Part shown: positions 1 through 11,291 of the stretch, one piece after another
How the letters are laid out: the number at the start of each line of letters is the position of its first letter
Position numbering within the stretch: position 1 is the first letter of the stretch
NCBI GenBank assembly: GCA_020633555.1
Contig: JACKDL010000007.1
Coordinates: 9,368-73,367, forward strand
Length of the DNA stretch: 64,000 nt
Origin: Myxococcales bacterium
GTDB lineage: Bacteria > Myxococcota_A > Bradymonadia > UBA7976 > UBA1532
Reading direction: 5' to 3'
Notes under the pieces: model-generated
Told to the model about the DNA's origin: nothing
The model's input: only the letters and a program-made list of their open reading frames with translations
Databases searched by the model: none
Translations under genes and position numbers: made by a program

Positions 1-1
1 G

Positions 2-642
<641 letters not shown>

Positions 643-646
<4 letters not shown>

Positions 647-2346
647 CGGCGGCCCGGGCCCTCGGCGCCCTGCTCTGGCCCCGCTGGCGGGGCGCGCTGA
701 ACGCCCCGCGGTCGAAGGCGGGCGGGCGGCGCGGCCGGCTGCTGGTCATCGGCCTGCTGGCCGCGACCTTCATGGGCCTGAGCTTCGTGGGCACCCGCTG
801 GCTGTTCACCCTGTTCCTGCAGGCCGAGTTTCTGGCCGAGCTGCTCATCCAGCGCGTGCTGGACATGGTGCTGCTGGTGTTCACCGGGCTGCTGGTGTTC
901 TCCAGCACGGTCACCGCCTTCGGCACCTTCTTCCTGGCCGACGACCTGCCCCTGCTGGCCACGGCCCCCACGCCGGTGGGTCGCCTGGTGCTCGCCCGGC
1001 TGGTGGACACCTGGCTGCAGAGCTCGTGGATGATCTTGGTGTTCGCTGCGCCCATGATGGCCGCCTGCGGGCCGGTGCTGGGCGCGGGGCCCGCCTTCTA
1101 CGTGGCCTTGCCCCTGGTGCTGCTGCCGCTGACGGTGCTGGCCGCCTCGCTGGGGGTCATGATCACCCTGCTGCTGGCCCGGGCGCTGCCCGCCCAGCGC
1201 ACCCAGGAGATCCTGGCGGTGCTGGGGGTGCTGGCCTTCCTGGTGCTGTACGTGGTGTTCCGCGCCGCCCAGCCCGAGCGCTTCGTGCAGCCCGACGCCT
1301 TCCAGGATCTGGTGGCGGTCATCGCCGATCTGGAGGCGGGCTCCAACGCCCTGTCGCCCAGCACCTGGGTGGTGGGCGCGTTGTTCCCGGTGCTGCGGGG
1401 TGCCTGGCTCGAGGCGGCGTCGCCGGCGGCGGTGCTGTTCACCAGCGCGCCGGCGGCGGTGGCGCTGACGGCGTGGCTGGGGCGGCGGACCTGGCGCGCC
1501 AGCTTCGCCAAGGTGCAGGAGGGCAAGGGCGACACCGATCGTGGGGTGTGGCAGCGCCTGGGGCGCCTGCTGCGGCGGCGGCCCGCCCGCTATGTGGGCA
1601 CGCCGGTGGGCGCCCTGGTGGATCGGGACCGGCGCATGTTCTTCCGGGCCACCGGCCAGTGGAGCCAGCTCCTGCTCGTGGCGGCCTTGGTGGCGGTTTA
1701 CGTCTTCAACTTCAGGTACTTCCGGGTGCTGCGCGCCACCGGGGTGCTCAACGAGGGGATGCTGTTCGTGGCCCACGTGCTGGTGGGCGGCCTGGTGCTC
1801 ACCACCGTGGCGGTGCGGTTCCTGTACCCCGCTGTGAGCCTGGAGGGCCGGGCCTTCTGGGCGGTGCAGGCGGCCCCGGTGCCCATGCGGGCGGTGCTGG
1901 CGGCCAAGGTGCGCGCGGCGCTGGGGCCCATGATCCTGCTGGGGCTTGGCCTGGCGCTGGCCGCCGAGTGGATGGTGGATCTGGCCCCGGCCACGGTGGC
2001 GGGCACGGTGGGCGTCTCGCTGTTGGCGGCCTACGCCCTGGCCGGCCTGGCCGTGGGCCTGGGCGCCCTGGATCCCCGCTTCGACGAGCCCAACCCCGCC
2101 CGCATCGCCAGCGGCCTGGGCGGGGTGGGCTTCATGGTGCTGGGCATGCTGTACCTGGTGGCGGTCACCGCGCTGCTGGGCTGGCCCGTGGCGGCGCTGC
2201 GGGCCATCCTGGACGGGTGGTCGCCGCCGCTGCACCGCTGGCTGAAGTACGGCGGCCTGTTCGCGGGGGCGCTGGCGCTGACCGCGCTCACCCACCACCT
2301 GCCCCTGTGGTGGGGCGCGCGCAGCCTGGAGCGGCGAGAGCCATGA
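643..2346 (+). CDS. Putative ABC transporter permease (multi-TM, ABC-2-like)
   Basis: GTG overlaps the SDR stop (GTGA). About 12 hydrophobic segments; [10 protein letters not shown] and [12 protein letters not shown] motifs are typical of this permease family. Confidence 0.75.
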
Positions 2347-3098
2347 GCCTGGACACCCAGATCGAAGCCCTGCGGGCCTTGCTGACCGCCCACAACCGCA
2401 TCGTCGCCTTCACCGGCGCCGGGGTCAGCGTGGACTCGGGCATCCCCGACTTTCGCTCCCGGGGTGGCCTGTGGGACCGCCTGGATCCCATGACCCTGAG
2501 CACCGACGCCCTGGAGGCCGGGCCGACGGGCCGGGTGGCCTTCTGGCGCACCATGGAGGCCCTGGCAGACAGCCTGGGGGATCCGCACCCCAACCCCATC
2601 CACCACGCGCTGGTGGAGCTGGAGCGCCAGGGCCGCCTGGCGGGGATCCTCACCCAGAACGTGGACGGCCTGCACCAGGCGGCGGGCAGCGATCCGGGGC
2701 TGGTGGTGGAGCTGCACGGCAACCTGGCCTGGTGCGTCGAGCCCATCAGCGAGGTGCGCTTCCCCACGCCCCAGATCATGGCCCGGGTGAAGGCCGGCGA
2801 GCGGGACCCGAAGCACGCCGGGCGGCCCATCCGGCCCGAGCTGGTGGTGTTCGGCGATCCGCTGCCCGAGGAGGCCATGCAGAAGGCCTGGGCCATGGCG
2901 GGCGGCTGCGATCTGATGCTGGTGCTGGGCACGAGCCTGACGGTGCACCCGGCGGCCGACCTGCCCGTGCTCGCCCGCCACACGGGGGCGAAGCTGGCCA
3001 TCGTCACCTTGGGGCGCACCCCGGTGGATCATCTGGCCGATCTGCGCATCGACGCGCCGCTGCTGGCCAGCTTCGTGCCCGCGGTGGAGGGGATGTAG
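2343..3098 (+). CDS. cobB: Sir2/CobB family NAD-dependent deacylase
   Basis: [38 protein letters not shown]; ATGA overlap with the upstream gene. Confidence 0.88.
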   Translation: MSLDTQIEALRALLTAHNRIVAFTGAGVSVDSGIPDFRSRGGLWDRLDPMTLSTDALEAGPTGRVAFWRTMEALADSLGDPHPNPIHHALVELERQGRLAGILTQNVDGLHQAAGSDPGLVVELHGNLAWCVEPISEVRFPTPQIMARVKAGERDPKHAGRPIRPELVVFGDPLPEEAMQKAWAMAGGCDLMLVLGTSLTVHPAADLPVLARHTGAKLAIVTLGRTPVDHLADLRIDAPLLASFVPAVEGM

Positions 3099-3118
3099 CG
3101 GGGCGCCGGGGCGACCGC

Positions 3119-3673
3119 TCAGGGGGCGGTGGGCGTCACCCCGGGCACCGGCGGCGGGCCCCCGGTGATCAGGTGCCCGGTCAGGCCGGCGGCCCCCAGC
3201 AGCGGGCGGCTGGGATCCTCCTTCTTCGCGTCGATGACGGCGGCCAGCTCGGGCCCCAGCGGCAGCGCGCGCTTCACCAGCCAGACGTGCTCGTTGCGGG
3301 CCCGCTGCGCGTTGCCCAGCAGGGCGTACGCCACGCCGCGCTGGTAGCGGGCCTGGGCGTGGTTGAAGTCGAGCTCGCAGGCCTTCTGGGCGTGGAGCAT
3401 GGCCTGGGGCACCTGATCCGTGCCCAGCCGGCGCAGCGCCAGGCTGAGGTTCACGTGGGCGTCCACGAAGTGGTCGGCCTTCTCCACGGCGCCCTGCAGC
3501 GCCTTGACCGCGGCCTTCCACTTGTTCTGGCTGAGCAGCCTGGTGCCCTGGTCGAACAGGGCCTGGGCCTCGGGCGGGATGGGCTTCGCGGCGGGCGCGC
3601 CGGCCGGCTGGGCGGCGGCGATCCCCACGGGGGCGGCGAGGGCCAGGATCAGGGCGGCAGCGATGCGTCGCAC
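3119..3673 (-). CDS. Secreted TPR-repeat protein
   Basis: Signal-peptide-like N-terminus (VRRIAAALILALAAP) followed by 2-3 TPR-like helical repeats; this is the real C-terminal part of ORF 3119..5125. Confidence 0.7.
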   Translation of the reverse strand: MRRIAAALILALAAPVGIAAAQPAGAPAAKPIPPEAQALFDQGTRLLSQNKWKAAVKALQGAVEKADHFVDAHVNLSLALRRLGTDQVPQAMLHAQKACELDFNHAQARYQRGVAYALLGNAQRARNEHVWLVKRALPLGPELAAVIDAKKEDPSRPLLGAAGLTGHLITGGPPPVPGVTPTAP

Positions 3674-3738
3674 GGGCAGGTTCCTCCCAGAAGTTGGCGT
3701 CGGTGCCCCCAGTGGATGCCCGGAAGGGGCGGATCGGG

Positions 3739-6093
3739 TCAACGGGCGGTGTTGAAGATGAAGGGGTAGGTCACGCGGGTCTCGTCGTCGCCCGCAGGGA
3801 AGCGGATGGTCTTCGCCTGCTCGACCAGGCAGGCCGCCACGCGGGCCATGCGGGGCGGCGGATCCTTGGCTTCGGCCGAGGACACCCGGCCGTCCGGGGC
3901 GATGACCAGCGCCAGCACCACCTTCCCCTCCAGGGTGGGGTCGTCCTTCAGCCCCAGCTCGTAGCAGAACTTCGCCCGCGCGTTGTTCCTTTGAATCATC
4001 CGCTGGATGCCCGCCTTGTCCCGCGGGCCCATGAGGATCTCGGGCTCGGGCGGCGCCACGGGCGTCGCCAGCTCGACGGGGGGCGCGGCGGGCTCGGGCG
4101 GGGGCGGGGGCTTCGCGGCGTGGGCCTTCATGCGAGCCAGGGTGGCCCGCAGCGCGGTGGCCGCCGGGCGGGCCGCGGGGGCCGCCTCGACGCAGGCCAG
4201 CGCGGGCTCCAGCTCGCGGGCCATGGCCTCGGCCAGGGCGGGGCGCTGCGCGGGGGCCGCGTGGGCCAGGGCGTTGAGGCCGCCGAAGCCCAGCGCCACC
4301 TGCTGCAGGCAGGTCTGGGCGGCGGCGGGCACGGGGCCGGCGTCGGCGCAGGTGGGGCAGCGCAGGGCCTCCACCCGGCGCACGGGCTGGGCCTGCGTGG
4401 CGGGCGACGGGGCGACCGGGGCGTCGCCCAGGGCCAGCTCGAAGACCTGCTGCACGCCCCACGGCTGCAGGCTGGCCCGCACCGCCAGGGTGCCCAGGGC
4501 CTCGGCGGCGCGCACCACCTCGGCCGGTGCGCCGGGGATGGCGGCGGCCACCTTGCCCAGGGCCACCTGGGCCACGCCCAGGCCCACGGCGGGGGCGGGC
4601 GCCAGGTCGAAGACGGTGCGGGGATCCACCCCGACGCCCAGCAGCACCACCTTGCGCTCGCCGCGGGGCAGCACGTGGAGCTGCGCCTCGCGCAGGGGCC
4701 GGATCTCGGCCAGCGCGCTGCGGATCATCCCGGCATCCACCGGGCCGATCTCGGCGGCCAGGGCCACCTGGCCGGGGCCCGGCACGACCACCTGGAGCAG
4801 GCTGGGCAGGTCGCTGCGCCGCAGCCCACCCGGCAGCGTGCCCAGGGCCTGCAGGGCGCCGGCGGCCGAGCCGAAGGGGCTGCGCAGCATGACCTGCCAC
4901 CAACAGCCCACGCCGCACTCGGCGAAGGCGTAGCCCAGGTCGCGGGCCCGGGTGCCCACCTTGGCGAACGGCGGCGGCACCTGGGCCTGGTCCAGCAGGG
5001 CGGCCCACCCCAGGGCCGTGGTGGCCTGCGCCAGGGGCTGGCCTTTCACCGTCAGGGGGGCGGCCGCCGCCTTCGCGCCCGCCGCCAGGGCCTGCTGGCC
5101 GGTGGCGGTGGCCTCGGCGGTCCACACCAGGCGGATCCCTTCGCCCTCAGCGGCCACGGTCAGGGCGTGGGCGTTCAGGTCGGCCCCGTCGTCGCCCATC
5201 AGCAACTCGGCCTTCATCAGCAGCCCGAAGGCGGCCTGCCCGAGCTGCAGCGCCAGGTCGTCGCCCACCGAGAACAGGGCGCCGACGGCCTGCATGTGGC
5301 CGTGAGCCGTGTAGGTCGCCCGCAGGTGGCGGGCCTCGAAGCGCAGGGCCAGCGCGGCCGGCAGGCTGGCGGCCAGCAGGGCGGCGCCCCGGGCGGGTTT
5401 GCCCACGGGGCCCGAGGGGGCCAGCGCCTGGGCCCCGTCGGGCTTCAGCGCCACGTGGCTCAGCCACTCCACGTACAGCCGGTCGCCGTCGGGCCACAGG
5501 GCGCACCACTGGCCCTGCTCGCCCTTCAACAGCGCGCTGTCGGCCCGCCCGGCGACGGGGCCGCTGGCGGTGTACCCGGCGCTCGCCAGCAGGTCCGCGA
5601 CGCCCTTCCCCAACGCCTTGGCGTCGGTGGCGGGCAGCGCGGCGCGGTGGCGGAAGCCGGGGAAGCCCCCATCCAGCGGGGGCAGCAGCGCCGTGGTGGC
5701 GCCCACCGGGCCGTTGGCCGGGGGCTCGAACAGGGCGAAGACCCACGGCCGGCCCTCATCCAGGCCCGGCAACCGCGCCGGCGGGGGCACCCCCACCAGC
5801 GCGGCTGCGGTGGCCAGGGGGCTGGCGGCCTTCGCCAGCGGCAGCCTGGCCAGCGAGCCGAGCGCCGCAGCGCGCTTCGTCACCGCGGCGTGCAGCGCGC
5901 CCCACCGCGTGGGATCGACCACGGCGGTCAGCGGCGCGCTGTCGCCCACCGCGTCCAGCAAGGCCAGGGTGTGGCCGTCGGCGTCGGCCACGGGCCCGGC
6001 GGCAGGGCCCGTCGGCCCGGGCGCCTTGGGCGACGAGCACGCGCTCAGGGCAGACAGGAGCAGGAGCCGCAGAAGCGAGTGGCGCACGGGCAT
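3739..6093 (-). CDS. Lipoprotein with C-terminal AgmX/PglI (TonB_C-like) domain
   Basis: Lipobox LSAC. Pro-rich linker, then IQRMIQRNNARAKFCYE...LEGKVV...VAACL...IRFP...VTYPFIF. Confidence 0.75.
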   Translation of the reverse strand: MPVRHSLLRLLLLSALSACSSPKAPGPTGPAAGPVADADGHTLALLDAVGDSAPLTAVVDPTRWGALHAAVTKRAAALGSLARLPLAKAASPLATAAALVGVPPPARLPGLDEGRPWVFALFEPPANGPVGATTALLPPLDGGFPGFRHRAALPATDAKALGKGVADLLASAGYTASGPVAGRADSALLKGEQGQWCALWPDGDRLYVEWLSHVALKPDGAQALAPSGPVGKPARGAALLAASLPAALALRFEARHLRATYTAHGHMQAVGALFSVGDDLALQLGQAAFGLLMKAELLMGDDGADLNAHALTVAAEGEGIRLVWTAEATATGQQALAAGAKAAAAPLTVKGQPLAQATTALGWAALLDQAQVPPPFAKVGTRARDLGYAFAECGVGCWWQVMLRSPFGSAAGALQALGTLPGGLRRSDLPSLLQVVVPGPGQVALAAEIGPVDAGMIRSALAEIRPLREAQLHVLPRGERKVVLLGVGVDPRTVFDLAPAPAVGLGVAQVALGKVAAAIPGAPAEVVRAAEALGTLAVRASLQPWGVQQVFELALGDAPVAPSPATQAQPVRRVEALRCPTCADAGPVPAAAQTCLQQVALGFGGLNALAHAAPAQRPALAEAMARELEPALACVEAAPAARPAATALRATLARMKAHAAKPPPPPEPAAPPVELATPVAPPEPEILMGPRDKAGIQRMIQRNNARAKFCYELGLKDDPTLEGKVVLALVIAPDGRVSSAEAKDPPPRMARVAACLVEQAKTIRFPAGDDETRVTYPFIFNTAR

Positions 6094-6181
6094 CTCCGGG
6101 TGGGGCCGGGGAGTATGCCACACGTGGGGCTCGACGGCGGCCGAGCCGTGCGGTCCGATGGGCCGCGACCGAGGAGGGGAC

Positions 6182-8581
6182 GTGACGCGACGTTGCTGGG
6201 TGAGGGTGGGCCTGCTGGCCGCGCTGACGGGCTGCGCGCCGGCCGATGGGCCGGTGACGCTGGATCCCGCGGCCGACGCCGGGCCCGACGGAGCCCTGGT
6301 GGACATGGGCCGGCTCGACGCCGCGCCGGACGCTGCGCTGGACGCCGGATCGCCGGACGGCGCGCCCTTGGACGGTGCTGCGCCCGACGCGGTGCCCGAC
6401 GCCGCGCCACCCCCCACGCCCCTGCCGCCCGGGTCACAAGGGGCGAGAATTATGGGTGATTTGCTGGAGTTGCGCCTGTTCTCGGCGGGCGCGCAGCGGG
6501 TGGAGGCGTGGCTCTACGCCGACCCCTTCGGTGAGCCGGTGGGGGTGGTGCCCTTGGTCGCCGACGCGGACGGCGTGTGGTCGGCCGCGCTGGAACGGCC
6601 CGCCGAACCCCTCTGGTACGGCTACCGGCTGTGGGGCCCGAACTGGCCGCACGATCCCGCCTGGGCCCCGGGCAACGAGGCGGGCTTCCTGGCCGACGTG
6701 GACGCCGCGGGGCACCGCTTCAACCCCAACAAGCTGGTGCTGGACCCCTACGCCCGCGAGATCAGCCACGACCCCTTCACCCCGCCGACCGACGGCCGCC
6801 GCTACGGCACGGGGCCCGAGCACCGGGCGCTGGACTCGGGCCCGGTGGCCCCGAAGGGCCTGGCCTGGGCGCCCGCTGACGCCGAGCGACCGGCCGCCCC
6901 CACGCGCCCCTTCCGCGACGAGATCATCTACGAGGTGCACCTGCGCGGGCTCACCGCCGGCGACGCCTCCCTGCCCGAGGCCGAGCGCGGCACCTACGCC
7001 GGTGCAGCCCGCAAGGCCCGCTGGCTGCGCGAGCTGGGCATCACCGCCGTGGAGTTCCTGCCCCTTCACGAGACGCAGAACGACCAGAACGACCTGTCCG
7101 AGGGGACCGCCGGCGACAATTACTGGGGCTACTCCACCCTGGGCTACTTCGCGCCCGACCGCCGCCTGGCCGCCGACCAGGGCCCCGGCGGCCCCACCCG
7201 CGAGCTGAAGGCCATGGTGGACGCCTTCCACGCCGAGGGCCTGAAGGTCTACGTGGACGTGGTCTACAACCACAGCGGCGAGGGGGGGAACTGGACGGCC
7301 GAGGGCGACACCGCCGCCCTCCTCAGCCTGCGCGGCGTGGACAACGCCACCTACTACCAGGCCGAGGGGGCGGCCTACTTCGAGAACAACGGCGTGGGCC
7401 CCAACCTGCGCTTCACCCACCCGCAGACCCGGCGGCTGGTCATCGACTCGCTCCGGTACCTGCACGAGGACCTGGGGGTGGACGGCTTCCGCTTCGACCT
7501 GGCCAGCGTGCTGGGCAACGGCTGCGACGGCCTGTGCTTCGAGTTCGGGCGCGGCGGCCTGCTGAGCGAGATCGCCGCCGCGCTGCCCGTGCGCCCCGAG
7601 GACGGGGGCCCCGGCGTGGATCTCATCGCCGAGCCGTGGGCCCTTGGGCCCGGCAGCTACCAGGTGGGCGAGTTCCCGGCCGGCTGGGCGGAGTGGAACG
7701 ATCAGTACCGCGACATGGTGCGCGACCAGCAGAACCGCGCCGGCGACCAGATCGGGCGGGTGGCCAACCGGGTGCACGGGTCCTCCGACCTGTTCCGCGA
7801 CGACGGCCGCCGGCCGTGGCACAGCGTGAACTTCATCGTGGCCCATGATGGGCTGACCCTGGCCGATCTGTACGCCTGCAACGGCAAGCACAACGACCAG
7901 CCCTGGCCCTACGGCCCCAGCGACGGGGGCACCGACAACGACCGCGCCTGGGACCAGGGGGGCGATCCGGCGGCCCAGCGGCAGGCCGCGCGCACCGGGC
8001 TGGCGGTGCTGCTGCTGTCCGCCGGGGTGCCCATGATCACCGGCGGCGACGAGTCGCTGCGCGGCCTGCGCTGCAACAACAACCCCTACAACCTCGACGC
8101 GCCCACCAACTGGCTGGCCTGGGAGCTGAGCGACGCCCAGCAGACCTTCCAGCGCTTCGCCCGGGCCCTGCTGGCGCTGCGCCAGGCGCACCCGGCGCTG
8201 CGGCCGGCCCGGTTCACCGAGGGCGTGGACCGCAACGGCGACGGCGTGCTCGACCTGACCTGGCTGGGCGCCGACGGCCAGCCCCACGGCGATCTGGGCG
8301 GGGCCTACCGCTTCCTGGCGTGGCGCCTGGACGGGGCCGAGGTCGGCGATCCGGCGGCCTCGATCTATGTGGCCTGGAACTGGGACGAGGGACCCGTGCG
8401 GGCGCACGTGCCGGCACCCCGAACAGGTCACCGCTGGGCCATCGCCGCGGACACCGCCGCCTGGCTGGAGCCCGAGGCGAACCACTATGCGCCGGGCGAA
8501 GAGCTGCCGCTGCCCGGCCTGATCTACGACCTGGCCCCGCGCAGCCTGCTGGTGCTCTTGGAGCAGCCCCTCATCCCCTGA
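6182..8581 (+). CDS. Isoamylase / glycogen debranching enzyme (GH13), predicted lipoprotein
   Basis: NPNKLVLDPYA, IYEVH, NYWGY, DVVYNH, GFRFDLAS, IAEPW, VAHDG. N-terminal lipobox LTGC; GAGGAGG RBS before the GTG. Confidence 0.9.
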   Translation: MTRRCWVRVGLLAALTGCAPADGPVTLDPAADAGPDGALVDMGRLDAAPDAALDAGSPDGAPLDGAAPDAVPDAAPPPTPLPPGSQGARIMGDLLELRLFSAGAQRVEAWLYADPFGEPVGVVPLVADADGVWSAALERPAEPLWYGYRLWGPNWPHDPAWAPGNEAGFLADVDAAGHRFNPNKLVLDPYAREISHDPFTPPTDGRRYGTGPEHRALDSGPVAPKGLAWAPADAERPAAPTRPFRDEIIYEVHLRGLTAGDASLPEAERGTYAGAARKARWLRELGITAVEFLPLHETQNDQNDLSEGTAGDNYWGYSTLGYFAPDRRLAADQGPGGPTRELKAMVDAFHAEGLKVYVDVVYNHSGEGGNWTAEGDTAALLSLRGVDNATYYQAEGAAYFENNGVGPNLRFTHPQTRRLVIDSLRYLHEDLGVDGFRFDLASVLGNGCDGLCFEFGRGGLLSEIAAALPVRPEDGGPGVDLIAEPWALGPGSYQVGEFPAGWAEWNDQYRDMVRDQQNRAGDQIGRVANRVHGSSDLFRDDGRRPWHSVNFIVAHDGLTLADLYACNGKHNDQPWPYGPSDGGTDNDRAWDQGGDPAAQRQAARTGLAVLLLSAGVPMITGGDESLRGLRCNNNPYNLDAPTNWLAWELSDAQQTFQRFARALLALRQAHPALRPARFTEGVDRNGDGVLDLTWLGADGQPHGDLGGAYRFLAWRLDGAEVGDPAASIYVAWNWDEGPVRAHVPAPRTGHRWAIAADTAAWLEPEANHYAPGEELPLPGLIYDLAPRSLLVLLEQPLIP

Positions 8582-8614
8582 GGGGCAGCGGGGGGGCCGG
8601 GATCAGCGCACAGC

Positions 8615-9967
8615 TCAGTCGAGCCGCTTGCCGCGGCCCACGGCGTAGTACTCGAAGCCCCGGGCGGCGGTGCGCTCGGGGTCGTACAGGTTGCGGCCGT
8701 CGAAGATGATCGGCGCCGCCAGGCGGCCCTTGATCTCGTCGAAGTCGGGCCGCCGGAAGAGGCTCCACTCGGTGCAGATGCACAGGCCGTCGGCCCCGTC
8801 GAGGGTGGCGTAGTGGTCCTCGAGGTACTCGACGCCCTCGGTGCCCAGCTCGCGCTTCGCGTTGTCCATGGCCTCGGGATCGTGGGCCTTCACCGTGGCG
8901 CCGGCGGCCCGCAGCCCCTCGATGAGCACCAGGCTGGGGGCCTCGCGCATGTCGTCGGTGCGCGGCTTGAAGGCCAGCCCCCACACCGCGAAGGTGCGGC
9001 CGGTGAGATCTTCGCCGAAGCGGGCCTTCACCTTCTTCAGCAGCACCGCCTTCTGGTCCTGGTTCACGGCGTCCACCGCCTCCAGGATCCGCAGCGTCTG
9101 CCCGTAGGCCTGCCCGGTGTAGGCCAGGGCCTTCACGTCCTTGGGGAAGCACGAGCCGCCGTAGCCGGTGCCCGGGAACAGGAAGTGGTAGCCGATGCGC
9201 GGATCGGCGCCGATGCCGCCGCGCACCTTCTCGATGTCGGCGCCCACCCGCTCGGCCAGGTTGGCCAGGTCGTTCATGAAGCTGATCTTCGTGGCCAGCA
9301 GGGCGTTGGCGGCGTACTTCGTCAGCTCGCTGGAGCGCACGTCCATGAACTGCACCCGGTCGCGGGTGCGGCAGAAGGGCTCGTAGAGCTCGTGCAGCGT
9401 GCGCCGGGCCACGTCACCGGGCTCGCCGTCGGGGGTGCCGATGATGATCCGATCGGGCTTCAGGAAGTCGTTGACCGCGTCGCCTTCCTTCAGGAACTCG
9501 GGGTTGCTGCAGGCCACGAAGGGTTGCTTCGCGTGCTCGGCGATCAGGGCCGACACCCTGTCGGTGGTGCCCACGGGCACCGTGCTCTTGGTGAGGACGA
9601 TCTTGTGGCCGTCCACCAGCACGTTCTCGCCCCCGGCCAGGGCCAGGCCGATGGTCTGCGCCACCTGCTCCACGTAGCGCAGCTCGGCGCTGCCGTCGTC
9701 GCCCTGGGGAGTGCCCACGGCGATGTAGACGATGGCGCCCGCGCGGATGGCCGCTTCGACGTCGGTGGTGAAGCTCAGGCGGCCGGCCTCGAGGTTGGCC
9801 TTCACGAGGTCGGCCAGGCCGGGCTCGAAGAAGGGCACGACGCCCTCGGTGAGGGACGCGACCTTGGCGGCGTCGACGTCGGCGCAGACCACCTGGTTGC
9901 CGGTGTTGGCGAGGCAGGCGCCGACCACCAGGCCGACGTACCCGCTGCCGATGACCGTGATGCGCAT
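8615..9967 (-). CDS. ugd: UDP-glucose/GDP-mannose 6-dehydrogenase
   Basis: GSGYVG, SNPEFLKEG, GYGGSCFPKD, GLAFKPRTDDMRE. Confidence 0.93.
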   Translation of the reverse strand: MRITVIGSGYVGLVVGACLANTGNQVVCADVDAAKVASLTEGVVPFFEPGLADLVKANLEAGRLSFTTDVEAAIRAGAIVYIAVGTPQGDDGSAELRYVEQVAQTIGLALAGGENVLVDGHKIVLTKSTVPVGTTDRVSALIAEHAKQPFVACSNPEFLKEGDAVNDFLKPDRIIIGTPDGEPGDVARRTLHELYEPFCRTRDRVQFMDVRSSELTKYAANALLATKISFMNDLANLAERVGADIEKVRGGIGADPRIGYHFLFPGTGYGGSCFPKDVKALAYTGQAYGQTLRILEAVDAVNQDQKAVLLKKVKARFGEDLTGRTFAVWGLAFKPRTDDMREAPSLVLIEGLRAAGATVKAHDPEAMDNAKRELGTEGVEYLEDHYATLDGADGLCICTEWSLFRRPDFDEIKGRLAAPIIFDGRNLYDPERTAARGFEYYAVGRGKRLD

Positions 9968-10112
9968 GGCGGCTCTCCGTTGATTCGGGTGGGCGTTTGT
10001 AGGACAGAAGCGAACGAGGGCGCAATCGCGCGCCCGCGTTCCCGCGGCGTCGACCGCCCATGGCTGGCGAGAGCCTGCAAGCGGCGCGCCCACGGCCGAA
10101 AGGAGGCCCCCC

Positions 10113-11291
10113 ATGGGCGTGGTGGTGCAGAAGTACGGCGGCAGCTCGGTGGCCACCGCCGAGCAGTTGAAGCGGGTGGCGCAGCGGGTGGTGCAGACCC
10201 GCCAGATGGGACACGACGTGGTGGTGGTGGTGTCGGCCATGGGCAACACCACCAACCAACTCCTGGAGCTGGCCCAGTCCGTCAGCCCCAACCCCCAGCG
10301 GCGCGAGCTGGACATGCTGGTCACCACCGGCGAGCGCATGTCCATGGCCCTGCTGAGCATGGCCATCCACGATCTGGGCTACCCCGCGGTGAGCTTCACC
10401 GGCAGCCAGTCGGGGATCATCACCACCCACAACCACACCAACGCCCGCATCATCCGGGTGACCCCCGTGCGCATCCGTGCGGCCCTCGACGCGGGCCAGA
10501 TCGTGATCGTGGCGGGGTTCCAGGGGGTGAGCGAGCAGCTCGAGATCACCAGCCTGGGGCGGGGCGGCAGCGACACCACGGCGGTGGCCCTGGCGGCGGC
10601 GCTGGAGGCCGACTACGCCGAGATCTGCTCCGACGTGGATGGGGTGTACTCCGCCGATCCGCGCAAGGTGCCCGAGGCCGGGCGCATCGATGAGCTGGCC
10701 TACGACGACATGCAGGTGCTGGCCGACGCCGGCGCCAAGGTGCTGAACGCCGAGGCGGTGGAGTGGGCGCGGCGCCACGACATCGAGGTGCGCTGCGTGG
10801 CCACCGACGGCCCCCGCGACGTGGGCACCCGCATCCGCCAGGGCGGGGGCCTGCGCCAGGGGCGGGTGGTGGCCGTGACCGCGCATCCCGGGCTGCTCAT
10901 GCTGGCGCCCGACGTGCCCGGGGCGCCCGCCCCGCTGGATCTGGAGGCCACGCTGGCGGCCTACGGCGCCGCCGACGCCGAGGTGTGGCGGGTGCCGGGG
11001 AGCTGGGGCGCCCGGGTGCCCAAGCAGAACCTGCACGGGCTGACCGCCTTCCGCGCCGCCATGACCGGCCTGGGGGTGCGGGTGCGCGAGGATCTGACCC
11101 TCGTGACGGCGGTGGGCCGCGCGCTGACGGGGCCGCCGAGCAAGCTGGGGCCCGCCCGCGAGGCCCTGGCCGAGGCGGGGGTGGCCACCCACGGGCAGCT
11201 CGTGGATCCCGGCCGGCTGGCCTTCCTGGTGGACGCCGCCCAGGCGGACGCCGCCGTGGGCGCCCTGCACCGAGCCCTGATCGATGGGTAG
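10113..11291 (+). CDS. lysC: Aspartate kinase
   Basis: [27 protein letters not shown]; divergent ACT-like C-terminus; AAGGAGG RBS. Confidence 0.92.
   Translation: MGVVVQKYGGSSVATAEQLKRVAQRVVQTRQMGHDVVVVVSAMGNTTNQLLELAQSVSPNPQRRELDMLVTTGERMSMALLSMAIHDLGYPAVSFTGSQSGIITTHNHTNARIIRVTPVRIRAALDAGQIVIVAGFQGVSEQLEITSLGRGGSDTTAVALAAALEADYAEICSDVDGVYSADPRKVPEAGRIDELAYDDMQVLADAGAKVLNAEAVEWARRHDIEVRCVATDGPRDVGTRIRQGGGLRQGRVVAVTAHPGLLMLAPDVPGAPAPLDLEATLAAYGAADAEVWRVPGSWGARVPKQNLHGLTAFRAAMTGLGVRVREDLTLVTAVGRALTGPPSKLGPAREALAEAGVATHGQLVDPGRLAFLVDAAQADAAVGALHRALIDG

Noticed and set aside
10060-10112. GGCGAGAG...CCGAAAGG upstream of lysC, reminiscent of glycine or other amino-acid riboswitches
   Set aside because: Too short, lacks the remaining conserved elements, and the AAGGAGG is simply the RBS.
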